From sequence record NC_031107.2: 64,000 nt of DNA; one strand, given 5' to 3'. Positions 44,858 to 54,658 of the stretch are shown piece after piece. A program made the translations under genes and the position numbers. A model generated the notes under the pieces. The model did no database searches, had not been told where the DNA came from, and saw only the letters and a list, made by a program, of their open reading frames with translations. Each line of letters starts with the position of its first letter. The stretch's first letter is position 1.

Positions 44858-45307
44858 ATGATGAATATGAAATTAGTAATGCCTTCTAGCAATGTCAATA
44901 TCCACACTCACGATTACAACACTATCGTTAACGTGAACGCCCTGCGTAACCTGGTGCAGTCTGCGGCCACCCGCCTTAAAGCAGAAATCGTGGAAATCGA
45001 TTACGATGTCTTCGTACAGTTTTCCTTTGTCGGTGAAGCTTACCGCATTGCGTTATACCACGCATTGTACGCAGATGAGATTAACGGCGTGAAGAATTAC
45101 CTTGAACGCTGTGTGGAAGTGTTCCAGGGACAACGGGAAGAGATGGCCTTCGTGGACGGTGAGTTCCCGGATTATGTCCGTGCTGGTTTCGACCGTCTGC
45201 TGGCAGCCGCTAACAAGAAGTTACAAGAGAACGGAACCTCAGGCGCGTTCGACGGCAGCCACGTTTCCCTGTACGACAATAAAAACCTTAACCCTATTCT
45301 GCACTAA
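44858..45307 (+). CDS. Hypothetical protein, about 149 aa
   Basis: cctAAAGGA SD. Confidence 0.65.
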   Translation: MMNMKLVMPSSNVNIHTHDYNTIVNVNALRNLVQSAATRLKAEIVEIDYDVFVQFSFVGEAYRIALYHALYADEINGVKNYLERCVEVFQGQREEMAFVDGEFPDYVRAGFDRLLAAANKKLQENGTSGAFDGSHVSLYDNKNLNPILH

Positions 45308-45316
45308 GAGCGTGTA

Positions 45317-45535
45317 ATGAAATTCTTCTTTGTAGTGGTTGTCATTTTCTGCATCGGTGCCGTCCTGCGTTCCTTTCTTCGTTACCTCAGACACAGACAA
45401 CGTGCACACTTAGCGCAACAGCTGAATGCTTATCGTCAGGTTTCTGAGTATGTCGATCGCGCCGGGCGTGAGAAATGGATGATGGTCATCTGCTTCTTAA
45501 TCGGCCTGTGGTGTACCATTAAACTCTTCAATTAA
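45317..45535 (+). CDS. Small membrane protein, 72 aa
   Basis: Hydrophobic N- and C-terminal segments around a basic loop. Confidence 0.6.
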   Translation: MKFFFVVVVIFCIGAVLRSFLRYLRHRQRAHLAQQLNAYRQVSEYVDRAGREKWMMVICFLIGLWCTIKLFN

Positions 45536-45544
45536 AAGTAGCGT

Positions 45545-45586
45545 AGCTACCACACGATCTTATGTGTGGTAGCTCTATTTTTTTTT
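45545..45586 (+). terminator. Terminator with embedded TATG late-promoter motif
   Basis: AGCTACCACAC-gatcttat-GTGTGGTAGCT followed by a T tract; TATG at 45561-45564. Confidence 0.65.
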
Positions 45587-45603
45587 CGCTCTGGAGACAA
45601 ATA

Positions 45604-46152
45604 ATGGCGGAACGGTATCAACCTGACCTTACTCTGGATTCGAATGCGCTCGTGTTAGCGCTCATCAACCACGACAATAACCTCACGCTCACGGACAAAG
45701 AGATTGTGATTCGGAATATCGATGTGAACACATCGGCGGATATCATTCCGAAGAACACCCAAGCGGTGGTGGCGAAAGCCCGTAAGCCGAATGGGAAAAC
45801 CGTCACGGTCTATTACGACCGCCTCAGTGCTGGTAACGTGCTGGATAACTATCAGCCGTTATTGGTCTCGCTCGATGGTAGTGAAACGGACATTCAGCAA
45901 ATCGCTTCGGTGATTAACGGTTATTGTGGCACCAACTTGGCAGGCACGGACATTCAATCTGCCACAGTCACGGTTGATGAAATGAATCTGGTTTCAATAT
46001 CTGAGGGTTCCCCAGCTTGGCTCGGGACGTTTATTGCAACACTCTTTACACCGACCCAATCGGCACTGTCAACCGACGACGATTGTGTACTGATGATTGG
46101 TGACGATGGTGTGTTAACGATTGAAGGGGATGACGATGGCAGCGCCAGTTAA
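45604..46152 (+). CDS. Tail-associated paralog family member, 182 aa
   Basis: LVLALINHDN, TVYYDRLS, INGYCGTNLAGTDI. Confidence 0.6.
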   Translation: MAERYQPDLTLDSNALVLALINHDNNLTLTDKEIVIRNIDVNTSADIIPKNTQAVVAKARKPNGKTVTVYYDRLSAGNVLDNYQPLLVSLDGSETDIQQIASVINGYCGTNLAGTDIQSATVTVDEMNLVSISEGSPAWLGTFIATLFTPTQSALSTDDDCVLMIGDDGVLTIEGDDDGSAS

Positions 46153-46600
46153 AAAGAAACGCTTACACGAACTTGATGTGTTCAGTGGCGATAAAAAGGA
46201 CGGCGTGCTGCTGTTCAGTAAAGATGGCAAAGAGTACCAGATAGCTGTTTCTGCCTTGGGCGATGCGCCCGGCAAACAACTGACGCAGTCTGCACCCGCA
46301 GGCTCACCGCTGGTACTGTATGCCGGAACAACGGACTGGGTACTGAACTTAAATGAAGCCAAGAAAACGCTGACCATCGAAGAGTGGCCAACTGTCCCTG
46401 TGGGGCAGCGAATCGAAATCACACTGACGATGGTTCAGGTCACCGGAGCCAACAAAGTTGCCTGGCCGACCAACGTGAAATGGCCTAACGACGCCGAGCC
46501 ACCTTTGTCCTACACCAAAGACGCAGAAGACATGGTGTTGCTGACCTCTGTGGATTCTGGGAAGACGTGGAGAGGGCTTATTATCGCCATGGGGTATTGA
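46136..46600 (+). CDS. Probable tail fibre adaptor/assembly protein, 154 aa
   Basis: TLTMVQVTGANKVAWPTNVKWPN..EPPLS...D...L...D.GKTW is a phage tail beta-sandwich-type motif. Confidence 0.5.
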   Translation: MAAPVKKKRLHELDVFSGDKKDGVLLFSKDGKEYQIAVSALGDAPGKQLTQSAPAGSPLVLYAGTTDWVLNLNEAKKTLTIEEWPTVPVGQRIEITLTMVQVTGANKVAWPTNVKWPNDAEPPLSYTKDAEDMVLLTSVDSGKTWRGLIIAMGY

Positions 46601-46601
46601 G

Positions 46602-49600
46602 ATGAGTAAGTTTAAACTTGCCGCGGGACGACACGCATTAAACTATGCAATGTCGCTTGCCTACGGGCACCAGGATTTCATTAAACGCAATACCGGTACG
46701 ACACAGGACGCACATACCGACCACTTTATCCAGAATGAAGAAGGGGTGTTGTCAAACAACCGCCACTTTATTGCGGACACCATGGCGGAGTATCAACCCA
46801 ACGGGGATGCCACGACAGAGGGCCAGTCGTTGCACATCATCGGTTACTGTCACATGTACATTGCGACCAAACACCAAATGTGGTTGGATGCCGCCGTACA
46901 TGCCTGGGAAGCGTATGTGAAATACTTCTACGCCAACCAACCGATCCCTGCGTCTGCCCAGCGCTGGATTTGCAACTGGCTGGTCAACGGCAAAGAACCG
47001 GTGTTGGCGGATTACCCGGTACACCCTACCGAACCGACCCACGGGGGTTACAAGTGTGTGCCTGTTCGCTTTGTGAACGGCAAAGCCAGTATCCCGCACG
47101 GCGCACCGTTCTGGGGTGAATACCTGAACACCTTTACCATTGCGCACCGGGGACATCCAACCTGGGGTGCGATTAACGCTGACGTGCAGATTATCAAGGA
47201 AGATAAAGACGGGTTGATTAGCTGGGATTCGGTGTTAGACCATGTCATCACTAATCCCGCCGAACCGTATGAAGTGAAAGCCTGGGTGGATTGGCCGACA
47301 CTCCTGGGAAATGCAACCGGTTATACCCCGATGTGGGGTGGCAGTGCGTCTAAAGGGCCGCAGTACCCTTGTGACTGGTTAGTGGCCTGGACGGGGAATA
47401 AGATTCAGGACGGGGAAATCATTGAAGAGAACCTCCCTGATGAACAAAAAGGAACGGTGCAGTTAAAAGACACGACACTGAACGGTGTCTATCTGGTTAA
47501 CTATGCCGTTCAGCTTCCGGTAGAACACGGTGGCTATCAGTTCGCCCGTAACGAGCCGTGGCATAACCGTCCGGTACACACCCCGTTCTTTGGCTCAACG
47601 AACCAGATGGGGAACGCGGCGGATGCTGAGGTGTGGTTTATTGATGCCTGCTACCTGCTGTGGCGTATCACCGGTGAAGCGCGGTATAAGCAAGCGTTGG
47701 ATTGTGTGTTCTTCACTGCGCATGAATACACCTATATCGATGCGTCAGATAAATTCTTCCGACGCTCGAAGCTTGCTGAAACACCGTTTACCGATGCCAT
47801 CTCTTACGATTTCTCCTATCCTGACACGGTAACTGTGGCATACGGCCGTGACACGAACGGTGACATCACCATACACGCCCCAGAAGCCGTACAGCACTTC
47901 ATGGAGCAACAGGCAGTACGTTTCCGCATCAACACGGAATCGAAGCTCAGAGTGACGTACGGGGGCTCCTGTGTTAATGGCGACCCTATCTACTGTCGCG
48001 TGATGGTGGACATCAACCCGGTCAAAGCCGATACCCAGGAAGTCAATTGGTACGGCGTGACGTTGCCGCGTTCGGTGTTGAATGAAGTCGAGCAGTATGA
48101 TATTGGCTTAGGACAACTGGCGAGAATCTCTGACCCGAATGGCAAGGACTATCTGATTGCGGATGCGCGGGCGTGTTCGGATTACGGTGGTTGTACGTGG
48201 GAGGAGAAATTCGAGACTGGAATTTACGATGGACGTGCGGGGACAGTCGTGGATGCGTTATTCCCGACCGATGACGCCGGGTTCATCATCGGCTTCTGGT
48301 TAACCGATGCGGGTAAAGCCCCACCGAACTCGATTGTCTATCGTGCGGATGCGGACTTTAACTTCCGTTTCGAGGATGACGATAAATGGCGTTGGTGGTG
48401 GATGTTACCGTCTACCAACGGCGAATGGAAACAGGTCATTATCAACAAAGCCGATGCCACCTTATCTGGGTATCAGCCTGACCATGCCGATACTGACCCT
48501 GAACCTACTGCGCCGAATTACACCACGATTGACCAGGTAACGATTCTGCCAGACTCCACGGTGGACAATGCTCACTTTGCCTACTACTGCGTGAACGACG
48601 TGCCACCAGTGTTCGACAAAGACGACGGGTGGACGCTGACCTTCCGTATCGCTATCCGTGGGGCCAGCGAGTTTAATGCGTTAGTCGGTGACTGCACCAT
48701 CAAAGACTACCGTTTGGATTCACTGGCGTATTGTCCGGGAACAATTCCGTTCTCCAACATCTACTCTGAAGGTACCGCACAGTTAGGAGCATGGCACGGG
48801 ATGCCATATCCAGGTTACCAGTATCCGTTTATGTACGCGATACACACTGATAACCGTTACGATGTTTGGCTCCAGAATCAGGTGGCCTTTATGTACGATT
48901 CGCAGCAAGCCTACAACACCCAAATCGGGGAGTTAGGGCCAGGGTGTGCGGCGTACATCTGGAACCGTTGGGATAACTACTCCTACGGCCCACCGGACAC
49001 CTGGACAACCTTCCACTGGGGCGACGGTCATCCGTGGGCAGGTTATCAGCCGCGTGCGTACAACGCTGCAGCGCGTTGCTGGTACGAGTTGGTTGTGCGC
49101 GGGAAGCCGGTACCACAGAAGTTGAAAGACTACGTGGAGACCTGGGCGACCTGGCTGACTGGCTTTGTCGACAAGTTCAACGGCCATACCCCGAACGAGT
49201 TCCCGGTAGCTCCTAACAAACCCGTGTGGGTGGAGGATGACTTCACTGCTCACATGTGTGCGTTGTGGATTGCCGGGAGTTGCTGGGCTGCGATGGCAGG
49301 TTGTACGGTACCGGGGTTATCACGGATTATCGAAGCTGGGATGAAAGAGATGGGTGAAGGCTTTACCGTCACATCCATCCCAGGTAAAGCGATTAACGGG
49401 GCATGGTCACCGGCACCACGGGAATCGTCCGATAACGGAATGGCGTTTGGTTTCTATACGGGGGAAGCGATGCGCGCCATGGGCCTGTACATCATGTACA
49501 AGGAACACGGTGCGGGCGTAGACATCTATAGAGACCTGGCGATACCCGACCACACTACGGCATCTCTGGACATCACCTACGTGTTGCCCGATGACAAGCT

Positions 49601-49604
49601 CTAA
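46602..49604 (+). CDS. Large virion tail protein with GH8-like (alpha/alpha)6 glycoside hydrolase motifs, 1000 aa
   Basis: ATTEGQS resembles GH8 TSEGQ; NAADAEVWFIDACYLLWRITGEARY resembles SASDGD.W....L.EAGRLW...RY; aromatic-rich inserts. Confidence 0.55.
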   Translation: MSKFKLAAGRHALNYAMSLAYGHQDFIKRNTGTTQDAHTDHFIQNEEGVLSNNRHFIADTMAEYQPNGDATTEGQSLHIIGYCHMYIATKHQMWLDAAVHAWEAYVKYFYANQPIPASAQRWICNWLVNGKEPVLADYPVHPTEPTHGGYKCVPVRFVNGKASIPHGAPFWGEYLNTFTIAHRGHPTWGAINADVQIIKEDKDGLISWDSVLDHVITNPAEPYEVKAWVDWPTLLGNATGYTPMWGGSASKGPQYPCDWLVAWTGNKIQDGEIIEENLPDEQKGTVQLKDTTLNGVYLVNYAVQLPVEHGGYQFARNEPWHNRPVHTPFFGSTNQMGNAADAEVWFIDACYLLWRITGEARYKQALDCVFFTAHEYTYIDASDKFFRRSKLAETPFTDAISYDFSYPDTVTVAYGRDTNGDITIHAPEAVQHFMEQQAVRFRINTESKLRVTYGGSCVNGDPIYCRVMVDINPVKADTQEVNWYGVTLPRSVLNEVEQYDIGLGQLARISDPNGKDYLIADARACSDYGGCTWEEKFETGIYDGRAGTVVDALFPTDDAGFIIGFWLTDAGKAPPNSIVYRADADFNFRFEDDDKWRWWWMLPSTNGEWKQVIINKADATLSGYQPDHADTDPEPTAPNYTTIDQVTILPDSTVDNAHFAYYCVNDVPPVFDKDDGWTLTFRIAIRGASEFNALVGDCTIKDYRLDSLAYCPGTIPFSNIYSEGTAQLGAWHGMPYPGYQYPFMYAIHTDNRYDVWLQNQVAFMYDSQQAYNTQIGELGPGCAAYIWNRWDNYSYGPPDTWTTFHWGDGHPWAGYQPRAYNAAARCWYELVVRGKPVPQKLKDYVETWATWLTGFVDKFNGHTPNEFPVAPNKPVWVEDDFTAHMCALWIAGSCWAAMAGCTVPGLSRIIEAGMKEMGEGFTVTSIPGKAINGAWSPAPRESSDNGMAFGFYTGEAMRAMGLYIMYKEHGAGVDIYRDLAIPDHTTASLDITYVLPDDKL

Positions 49605-49610
49605 ACCTTA

Positions 49611-49640
49611 CCCACTCTTCGGAGTGGGTATTTCTTTTTT
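49611..49640 (+). terminator. Intrinsic terminator (UUCG loop)
   Basis: tacccactc-ttcg-gagtgggta followed by a T tract. Confidence 0.8.
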
Positions 49641-49734
49641 ATCCTAAAATTTCGTAGATAGATATTATCTTGGTGAATGCGCGAAAATTACGCGTCGACC
49701 AGTCGATATGTGTTATCCCTTAAGGAGTATTCTC
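49638..49734 (+). promoter_or_regulatory. Early-type promoter and leader
   Basis: Near-identical to 11963..12001; GCGCG/CGCGT hairpin; TCGACCA; ccttAAGGAG. Confidence 0.65.
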
Positions 49735-50142
49735 ATGAGTCAAAAAGTACAGAACAGTGCCATGTCTGGCGCTACCAAAAAGGATGTGTATAAAATTGCG
49801 TGTGTGGAGGTTGCCACCGACCTGGAAGGTGAAGGCGAAATGATGCTACAACGCCGCATCGTCGATATGGTGCAAAAACACAACGCCAGCGGTATGGACT
49901 TCAAACTGGAAATCCTACCCATCCCACGTTTCCCAATGGGAGAGCGTAGCATGATTGCATTCAACCGATTTGTGGAAGGGTTTCTAGCGTTTGAAAGAAA
50001 GCCATCTCACTCCACCGCACAGCAGTTGGAACTTGTTTCGTCCATCTGCGCTAATTACACCAAGCCGGTAGCAATTGTCGGTGCAGGTAAACCCATCGGC
50101 AGTGGATTTCTGTCATCGCTGATTAAACAGAACCAACAATAA
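49735..50142 (+). CDS. Hypothetical protein, 135 aa
   Basis: SD + ATG 49735. Confidence 0.7.
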   Translation: MSQKVQNSAMSGATKKDVYKIACVEVATDLEGEGEMMLQRRIVDMVQKHNASGMDFKLEILPIPRFPMGERSMIAFNRFVEGFLAFERKPSHSTAQQLELVSSICANYTKPVAIVGAGKPIGSGFLSSLIKQNQQ

Positions 50143-50168
50143 CTACACATCCCTGAAGGAGCATTACC

Positions 50169-50687
50169 GTGTCACTCACTGTTAACATGAATCTGTACAC
50201 CAAGCGCGAACGTCAGGCGCTTATCGCCGGACAGGGCATCCATTCCCCTGACCTGAACATCGACCCGATGAAAGCAAAGGTCGCTGAACTGTTCCCAGAA
50301 GACGAATGGGACATCTGGTATTTCCGTTGCCGCAGTGTGGCCAATGCACTGGCGCAACTCTCTGCGTATCATCCGTGTGACCGTAACGAAGATTGGGTAT
50401 GGCGTGTTCCGCGTACTCCAACCAACGTGATGTATAACGGGGGTGAAAATCTGATACCGGTACGTCCGGTTGCAAACCCGCCACGTCTTAACGAATTCCT
50501 GGAAGTGATTTGGGACAGACCGCGTGAAGAACTGCGTGCTATCGTTAACGTGCTGAAAGTGCTGGAACTGGAAGGCGTGAAAAACCTGCGTATGGAATCA
50601 CGCGATGACAAGAACACGTACTGGGAACTGACCTGGTCAGAACCGAAGTACAACAATACCAACGTCATTTTCTTGCACCGGGGGTAA
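50169..50687 (+). CDS. Hypothetical protein, 172 aa
   Basis: GAAGGAG SD before GTG. Confidence 0.7.
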   Translation: MSLTVNMNLYTKRERQALIAGQGIHSPDLNIDPMKAKVAELFPEDEWDIWYFRCRSVANALAQLSAYHPCDRNEDWVWRVPRTPTNVMYNGGENLIPVRPVANPPRLNEFLEVIWDRPREELRAIVNVLKVLELEGVKNLRMESRDDKNTYWELTWSEPKYNNTNVIFLHRG

Positions 50688-50690
50688 GCC

Positions 50691-50981
50691 ATGCTGGACT
50701 GGTTACTGGGGTTAATCAACAAACGCCAACGCGAACTGTACAAAGAAAACCAGGAGCTTCGGAAGTACAAGCAGGGCTGGGAGAAACTTGCCACCGCTGC
50801 AGTACAATCCCAGGTAGCACTCAGCCTTACTGCAAAGCATATTGCGGCAGGGAACACACATAGCGTGTCCGACGCACAAAAGCTGTTGAAGCTGGCCGAA
50901 GACTTAGGCATGAAAGTTGACCATGCCATTTACCATCAATTAGAAGCGGAGAACATAAATGGAACAAGTAAAAGTCACTGA
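50691..50981 (+). CDS. Hypothetical coiled-coil protein, 96 aa
   Basis: Coupled ORF. Confidence 0.6.
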   Translation: MLDWLLGLINKRQRELYKENQELRKYKQGWEKLATAAVQSQVALSLTAKHIAAGNTHSVSDAQKLLKLAEDLGMKVDHAIYHQLEAENINGTSKSH

Positions 50982-51369
50982 CCCGAACGAAGCACTGGCG
51001 TTGGCGATCAAGTCGATGGAAATCTTCCAACTGCAAAAACTCCAGAACGAAACTGCCGGGCAGCGCGACCACTTCATCACCGTGGCACAGGCAGCGATTA
51101 ACCTGAACAAGGTCTTGCTGAAAAAGCTGTACAATTTAGAACACAGTGTTATCCATGCTAAAGGTCTGGCCGATGCGTCGGAGAAAGTGACCGATGTGCG
51201 TCTATACGCTTCTAACCAAATGGAGAAAGTAGAAAATGAGTGGAACGTTGCCTGCAATAGTGAACGCCACACCAACGACCCCCGCAAAGTTGGAGCGAAA
51301 CCGGGACTCTTCGTCGGTGACACAACCCTCTCTGAATATACCGGCTTCAATCGGGATGGCCATCGCTAA
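50959..51369 (+). CDS. Hypothetical coiled-coil protein, 136 aa
   Basis: GGAG SD. Confidence 0.65.
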   Translation: MEQVKVTDPNEALALAIKSMEIFQLQKLQNETAGQRDHFITVAQAAINLNKVLLKKLYNLEHSVIHAKGLADASEKVTDVRLYASNQMEKVENEWNVACNSERHTNDPRKVGAKPGLFVGDTTLSEYTGFNRDGHR

Positions 51370-51865
51370 TGAATTGATGCGGCTGGGGATTACAAAGCTG
51401 GATTATATTCATCCGGCTTTACACCCGACGGCGGATAACATGGAAGCGAAGTTCTGGTACGACCAGGCTAAGGCCATGGGTATCAAAGAGCTGGTACGCA
51501 GTTTAATCAAGCTGACGTATCTGTCTGGGTTTATAGAGCACCCACTGTACCACGAACTGATGATGCTCCAGTGCGCGGAACCGGTTACGCCGGACGAAAT
51601 GGTTGAGCGGATGTATCGGGTGTTTGAGAATGCGACAGAGTGTCATTTCCCAGACATCCGTGAATGTACGGTAGAATTTAAACGAGGTAATGATTGTGGA
51701 CTCTACTTCGAATGCGAACCTGTCTGGCATGTCGCCGATGGAGATTGCACAGTACCTGATGCAGGGCGGTTCTTTGTCGGACACACCGGAGACAGCAGCG
51801 AAGATAGTGACAACGCTGATGGTCACCAAAGGGCCTTACCACGAGGTCGTCTTCCTTGGGAATGA
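51356..51865 (+). CDS. Hypothetical protein, about 169 aa
   Basis: Probable start ATG 51356; the C-terminus overlaps the next ORF. Confidence 0.55.
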   Translation: MAIANELMRLGITKLDYIHPALHPTADNMEAKFWYDQAKAMGIKELVRSLIKLTYLSGFIEHPLYHELMMLQCAEPVTPDEMVERMYRVFENATECHFPDIRECTVEFKRGNDCGLYFECEPVWHVADGDCTVPDAGRFFVGHTGDSSEDSDNADGHQRALPRGRLPWE

Positions 51866-52013
51866 GATTTGTGTGCGGACGCATTGTCGTCGTCACGAGG
51901 CGGGTCGTGTCCCGTTGACGTTAGGCGGGGTGCTGCTACTGATGTCACATGCCGACCATTATGTTAACGACTGCATGATGTGGATTGCGCAAGGTGGGGA
52001 TAATGGCTTCTAA
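51729..52013 (+). CDS. Hypothetical protein, about 94 aa
   Basis: MSPMEIAQYLMQGG...; start uncertain; stop overlaps the next start. Confidence 0.5.
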   Translation: MSPMEIAQYLMQGGSLSDTPETAAKIVTTLMVTKGPYHEVVFLGNEICVRTHCRRHEAGRVPLTLGGVLLLMSHADHYVNDCMMWIAQGGDNGF

Positions 52014-52350
52014 AAAGATTCGAGTGGCTTTCACTGAAAACAGTGTCAGTCTTTATCGTGGTAAGAAGCGTGTTTACCACGAACCGTTTGTTCCTGTCGA
52101 GTTCTTTGCCGGGCGTATCACGGGAACCGACAAACGTACTACCCATTACCAGATAGTCGCTTGTGGTGCCATTGCACGTACGTTGCGTCAGCGTCAACTG
52201 TGGGCACTGCATCAGTGGTGGAAGAATGCCTACCGTACAGCCCGTCCCGCCTGTTTGGACTGGACGCCGCGTGTTCACTTCAACCTGATGCCCGTGATGG
52301 CGAAGATCGAAATTAAGAATTTAAACGAGTTGCTCACGGTACGTCCGTGA
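52003..52350 (+). CDS. Basic hypothetical protein, 115 aa
   Basis: GGTGGGG SD before ATG 52003. Confidence 0.6.
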   Translation: MASKKIRVAFTENSVSLYRGKKRVYHEPFVPVEFFAGRITGTDKRTTHYQIVACGAIARTLRQRQLWALHQWWKNAYRTARPACLDWTPRVHFNLMPVMAKIEIKNLNELLTVRP

Positions 52351-52377
52351 GTTGATTACCCTTAAGGAGTATGTAAA

Positions 52378-53757
52378 ATGTTGAAACCCCGTAAACAAAT
52401 CCGTCTGCAGATGGTAAAAGTAGAATTACCGCGTAGCTCTCGTGCAGACCGTGCCAATATCTACCTTGGCAAAAAGCTGGTGAAACGTGTTGACCGTAAG
52501 ACCCTGTACGAGGCAGGTAAACATGTTCGCGATATCGTTGAAGATCGCAACGGCGCAAAAGGTGATTATTTTCAGTTACGCAAACCTCTGCGTGACGCAT
52601 ACCGTTTAACCCAGCTGGAATGGCTACTCAGTTGGGTGCCTGGCCGTAACACGCTATACATGCTGCGTAAGTTCCCACGACCTGTGGTGACCGCTGCGAT
52701 GAAGAAAGCCCAGGAAGAAGCGTTCAGGGATATACTGGACTCCTGGGATATGCCCACCATGTTAACCCGCAATGTTGAACCGTCTCCAGACATCAGAAAG
52801 CTCTACGATCGTCTCCGCGAGAGACACGCAGGTAAACCCTTAACGGTGATTGTACCCAATGCGCCACGTTTACCGGGCCGTTCGTCATTTGAAGCGTATG
52901 TGCGTAGTGGAGCAATGTGTTCACCCGCGCATCAGCGTATGCTGGATATCCAGGCGGCGTTAAACCTGCTTGGGGTGAAAGACTTTAAAGCCCTGCGTAT
53001 CGATAACGTGGATATGTCCGGCATTGACGAACCGGAACGTAAGTACCATGCTGCCTCGGTTCTGGTAACACTCGGTGGTAAACCGCTTGACCGTAAAGAG
53101 AACGCACGACTGGCCAGTATCATCGCTGCTTTCTTAACGGAGTTCCGTCGTCAGGTAGGCGTGGAACGTATGTTGGCCTACCCGACCACTGGCCCACAGA
53201 TTCACCGTTGGTTGGCACACATTGGTACCATCGTTCACACATTAGGGGAGTTGCCGAAACGTCAGAATGCCATTGATTTCTTAACGGAACAACAGTGGGG
53301 TGTGTTCGGGGTTAACTTCCACGAGCTTATCAAATCAGCACATGTCTCAATGTGTCTGTTAGATAAGGGTGAACGTCATGGGCGCATCGGTGCGATGGGT
53401 GACCATTACCTGGATGGCAGTAAGGTAGCCGCTCCTCTCGATCGTGAGGGTATTGATATCTACGCGTGGCCTTCACAGTGTATTTCCGATAAGTTGATTG
53501 GCATTGACACTTGTCCTAATTCGGATGCCATGGAATCCCTGCGTAATCTTGCGTTGAAGGAAGGGGACATCGACCCGAAAGCAATTGTTCGCCTCATGAA
53601 AGCGCGTGGCGATGGAACGTATGAGTTCACCATTGACTCACTCGGGGCGATTGAGAAAGAAGGCCCGAACGCTTACCGTAACAAAATCTCACCGAACACA
53701 CCGGACTTCGGTAAAATCCGTGATAAGAAAGACCCTAAAGGAGAAAGTGATGCTTAA
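52378..53757 (+). CDS. Hypothetical protein, 459 aa
   Basis: ccttAAGGAG SD; long ORF. Confidence 0.7.
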   Translation: MLKPRKQIRLQMVKVELPRSSRADRANIYLGKKLVKRVDRKTLYEAGKHVRDIVEDRNGAKGDYFQLRKPLRDAYRLTQLEWLLSWVPGRNTLYMLRKFPRPVVTAAMKKAQEEAFRDILDSWDMPTMLTRNVEPSPDIRKLYDRLRERHAGKPLTVIVPNAPRLPGRSSFEAYVRSGAMCSPAHQRMLDIQAALNLLGVKDFKALRIDNVDMSGIDEPERKYHAASVLVTLGGKPLDRKENARLASIIAAFLTEFRRQVGVERMLAYPTTGPQIHRWLAHIGTIVHTLGELPKRQNAIDFLTEQQWGVFGVNFHELIKSAHVSMCLLDKGERHGRIGAMGDHYLDGSKVAAPLDREGIDIYAWPSQCISDKLIGIDTCPNSDAMESLRNLALKEGDIDPKAIVRLMKARGDGTYEFTIDSLGAIEKEGPNAYRNKISPNTPDFGKIRDKKDPKGESDA

Positions 53758-54658
53758 GCCTAAGAAGCGTAAGAACGGTGTGGTGATACTGTCACCGCGT
53801 ATCTGTGTTGCTGTCGGTAAGAAACTGATTGTGCAGGATGGCCAGTGGGTGAGCGATGGGTTCTCTAAATACTCCTCACTCACCATGTGTGCAGAGATGC
53901 GCAAGATACACGGGAAGCGAGGTCGTGACCGCCGGTCTCAAATGCCGAAAGTTATTCGCACGGTGGCGGGTTGGTATATGCGGTTTATGAAAAAGAACTT
54001 CCCGCAATCTACGGCAGAGGTCGATATTGCTTCGTTTGTCCGTAATGAACCCACGGCGATGGGTGGTGAACTTCCGATGCGTACCGGTACGGCTTATGTT
54101 GCGTTAACCAATCGTCCGGGTTCAAAACCAACCCCGCCGGAAATTGAACGTATACTTCGTTCTGAGCGCCACACGGTTAAGAGTGCACCAAATGAGAACG
54201 GTGTCCATCTGGAAACCGTCTTCACGAAATGGGAAGAGGGTGGCTACGGTGTGTTCAGTCGCTGGGTTGACGACCAAGGTCGCCCGACTAACAGCAAAGG
54301 TGAACTGCTGAACCTGCCGGAAATCAAAGGCGTGCAACTTAAGAGTAGCGGGAATATCGACGGTATCCCTGCGAAACTTATCGACACGCTGGACGATGAA
54401 ACGATGGCGTCCATTGTTAAGGAGTTCGGGACTGTTCAGGAGCAGGCTCTGTTGGATTCCCTCAATTCGGAAACCGCGTCCGAATATAGTCCTGAGAAAG
54501 CGCAAGATGTGTTGGCGATCATTGTTAAACGGTTTGTGGAAAAAGAGTTAAAGGTGACTCTTCCGCACAGCAAGGTTGACGTGAAACTCCGTAGTCCGAC
54601 TATGGAAGACATGGATAATCTGCGCGATGCTTTACAGGAACGTGACGGAGGTAAGTGA
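53750..54658 (+). CDS. Hypothetical protein, 302 aa
   Basis: cctAAAGGAG SD before ATG 53750. Confidence 0.7.
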   Translation: MLKPKKRKNGVVILSPRICVAVGKKLIVQDGQWVSDGFSKYSSLTMCAEMRKIHGKRGRDRRSQMPKVIRTVAGWYMRFMKKNFPQSTAEVDIASFVRNEPTAMGGELPMRTGTAYVALTNRPGSKPTPPEIERILRSERHTVKSAPNENGVHLETVFTKWEEGGYGVFSRWVDDQGRPTNSKGELLNLPEIKGVQLKSSGNIDGIPAKLIDTLDDETMASIVKEFGTVQEQALLDSLNSETASEYSPEKAQDVLAIIVKRFVEKELKVTLPHSKVDVKLRSPTMEDMDNLRDALQERDGGK

